Shown here in pieces: positions 61,501 through 64,000 of a DNA stretch of 64,000 nt (position 1 is the stretch's first letter; each line of letters starts with the position of its first letter). The stretch comes from Zootoca vivipara (Eukaryota). The notes below the pieces were generated by a model. That model ran no database searches and had not been told where the DNA came from. It worked only from the letters and a program-made list of their open reading frames with translations. The stretch lies in the NCBI RefSeq assembly GCF_963506605.1, contig NC_083277.1, positions 7,812,001-7,876,000 of the forward strand, in the 5' to 3' direction. The translations under genes and the position numbers were made by a program.

Positions 61501-64000
61501 TGAAATACAGCCTTTAACTCCTCACCCTCAGCAGCATAGATTTCTTGGCAGTAAACAGCGCTTCTGCCCCTCCTTCTGAAGTATGTCCATAGATTTAAGC
61601 CTAATTATCTTCTTTAATCATGGAAATCCCCGCCATGCAGATTAGCGTCCGGGAGTCCTGGCCCTCGTAAGTGCTTCAGCCCAAGCTCCCCCCACTCCAT
61701 AAACAGTCGGAGTGGGTCTGGGGGCATCGCGGGCCAGCGGCCCCTCTCCGTAACCCCCGGAGAGGGTAGGGGGTTGCCATTTACTCCCCTAGCAACCGCC
61801 AAATTCCTTACGAAGGTCAGAGGGATGGAAAACAGGTCCGCCATTCCTGCAGGCGGAAACCGGAACCTGCCAAAACAGAAAAGTCATGTAGATTTTCCAG
61901 AAAACGTCCGCTGGATTCCCCAGGAAAAAAATCTAAATTGGTGATTTAGCAGGTATATTAAAGCAACTTTTACAGGTGATTTAGGAGGTTTATTAAAGCA
62001 ACTTTTGGATTTCAATTTCCTCCACTGAAAAGGAACCATGTTACATTTCCATAATGTGCAAATATCTCTAATAGGTGCTAAATGATCGAGGGGAATGGTT
62101 CTGTTAAGAAACGACACCCCCCCCCCCCGCCTGATGGGTTTTGCATTATTCTTGTAGGTGCCTGCACTCCCAGAAGAAGGAGCTATGAACCTGCAGGAGA
62201 CAGAGAGTGAATCCTGGGAAGATGACACTGACATTGGTAAGAATTCCTTCAACCAGAGTTTATTTCTGCAAGCGTTTGGGCTTCCCCCCACCCAAGACTG
62301 TGGCTACTTCCCTCTTTGTATGTGGCTGTTTTGGCCGCAAAGGAATGGCATGCTCAGCCTGATCATTAGAAATAGAAGGAAATGGTTATAGAGGTTAGCA
62401 GGCACAACTTGGGTAATGATACCCACCAGCCAACAAAATCAAACTAAGTTGGGTAAGTTGGGGAAACACTTCTAAATATCTTCAGTAGATGAAATACAGT
62501 TTTGATCCAGTGTAAAGATACATTCAAAACAGATAAAATTGCAAATCATGGTGCATAAAAATCAATGATTTAAAAAATATATGAAAAGAACCGGATTTTT
62601 AAAATTTAAATTGGATTTTTAAAATAAATTGCTTTTGGAGGAAAAATCTTTCTAAAGATAGTTTTCTATTTAAGTTACATTATCGTCGAAAGGCTATTCA
62701 TCAGAAAACAAGGATTTGTTTTAAATTTTTCTTGTGTGCTAAAACTCAGTCTTAATGTTTTGTTTTGTTTTTTTAAAAAGTTTAACCACATCAGTCAACA
62801 AACATGGATACATATGCTATAATGTTATTGTTTTAGTTAAATAAATAGTTTAAATTGTTATTAAGGAAATGATTATTTTTCTCCTCCCAATAAAGTACAG
62901 CAGAAAAGTTGTCCAAATATAAACAACTTATTAAACCTCACAATAATTTCATAATTAGCTGTCTATGTATTTCTAATAGTATAACCAAATCAGTAATTTT
63001 TGATATAACTAAAAACTACTCTGAAAATTCCAAAAATGAAACCCTCATCTGGTTGTAAATATTAAGATTATACCAGCAAGAATGAGTCTTTCGGGGGGGG
63101 GGGATTTAAATTAACTCTTACTGACTAATGATTTAAATCAAATCCACCCTGTTGCAAAGTAAGTACAGTAGCAATCTGACTTTTCTGTTCAAGTCAAAGC
63201 CTGAAGAAAATCCTTATAGAATCAAAACTTAACCGTGAAATTTGTCAAAGGCCAATAGTCAAAATAGATAAAACTACAAAGATGAGAGTTAGTAATAATT
63301 TACTGTTATAGGTAAAGGGACCCCTGACCATTAGGTCCAGTCGTGACCGACTCTGGGGTTGCGGCGCGCATTTCGCGTTATTGGCCGAGGGAGCCGGCGT
63401 ACAGCCTCTAGGTCATGTGGCCAGCATGACAAAGCCACTTCTGGCGAACCAGAGCAGCACACGAAAACGCCGTTTACCTTCCCGCTGTAGCAGTTCCTAT
63501 TTATCTACTTGCATTTTGACGTGCTTTCGAACTGCTAGGTTGGCAGGAGCTGGGACCGAGCATTGGGAGCTCACCCCGTCACAGGGATTCGAACTGCTGA
63601 CCTTCTGATCAGCAAGCCCTAGGCTCAGTGGTTTAACCCACATCGCCATCTGGGTCCCCACCTATTTATCTACTTGCACCTATTTATCTACTTGCACTTT
63701 CGAACTGCTAGGTTGGCAGGAGCTGGGACCGAGCAATGGAAGCTCACCCCATCACGGGGATTTGAACCGCCAAATTTCTGATTGGCAAGCCCTAGGCTCG
63801 GTGGTTTAACCCACAGTGCCACCCGCATCCCATTTACTGCTTTAGTTTCCAGCAAGTCTTAGGTAGACAGGAAAGTGCCCTTCATCATTCTCTTGGTCCA
63901 TGTAAACACTTAACAGGAGAACTCTTTGTCATTTCAACAGATCTTGGGACAGTGCAGGAAGATGGAAGTGAGAATTATCTGCCTGAAGAGAACGGGCAGG
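58590..64000 (+). CDS. SCAN-domain gene with retained Gypsy capsid N-terminal domain (ZSCAN-like); 3' part beyond the window
   Basis: Exons 58590-59291 (acceptor ttttcttag at 58584, donor GTAAG), 62158-62236 (79 nt) and 63941-64000+ (open frame). The capsid-like segment [41 protein letters not shown]...[10 protein letters not shown] is followed by SCAN (RQHFR...LLILEQFL...AEDFL). Fingers are not visible in the window. Confidence 0.85.
60635..61865 (-). mobile_element. Non-coding, non-autonomous L1-like retroelement (1.23 kb)
   Basis: 20-bp TSD CCTGCCAAAACAGAAAAGTC (60615-60634, 61866-61885); 5' end TTCCGGTTTCCGCC...AATGGCGG; AATAAA plus poly-A tail; no substantial ORF. Confidence 0.8.
63310..63831 (-). 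mobile_element. Sauria SINE (63310-63658) plus a tandem partial second copy (63660-63831)
   Basis: Reverse complement of the SINEs at 50755 and 55807; 5' half duplicated. Confidence 0.88.

Overview
Eukaryotic genomic DNA from a squamate reptile, most likely a lacertid lizard (inferred from Sauria SINEs, BovB, tRNA-Lys/CR1-tail SINEs and Penelope elements). It is not prokaryotic and has no CRISPR, rRNA or true tRNA. The left ~43 kb is a tandem array of three minus-strand TRIM27/TRIM39-like genes (RING, B-box2, coiled coil, PRY/SPRY). Two can be spliced into complete open reading frames with canonical GT-AG junctions (9440-21873 and 31974-43047). The third is represented only by its RING/B-box exon (6082-6507). 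The right ~19 kb holds three SCAN-domain genes: a SCAN-zinc-finger pseudogene (-), an intact SCAN/KRAB-like/5-finger gene (+), and a gene running off the window (+) that keeps the whole Gypsy-type capsid (N-terminal domain plus SCAN). The rest is densely nested transposable elements: an internally deleted Copia inside an L1, a full-length open BovB, two short non-autonomous L1-like elements with long TSDs, Tigger/pogo-type and hAT-type MITEs, a solo LTR, Helitron-like ends flanking the assembly gap, and Penelope fragments with hammerhead-ribozyme cores. The most interesting signals are: a compact NF-kB/GAS/AP-1/E-box module before every TRIM start codon, with one paralog swapping kB for a perfect ISRE; hypervariable SPRY loops on an otherwise identical scaffold; a duplicated linker mini-exon whose donor is dead in one paralog; a possible SPRY-less terminal exon; and a full-capsid SCAN gene next to TRIM-PRY/SPRY genes. 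All calls were made by eye without database searches.
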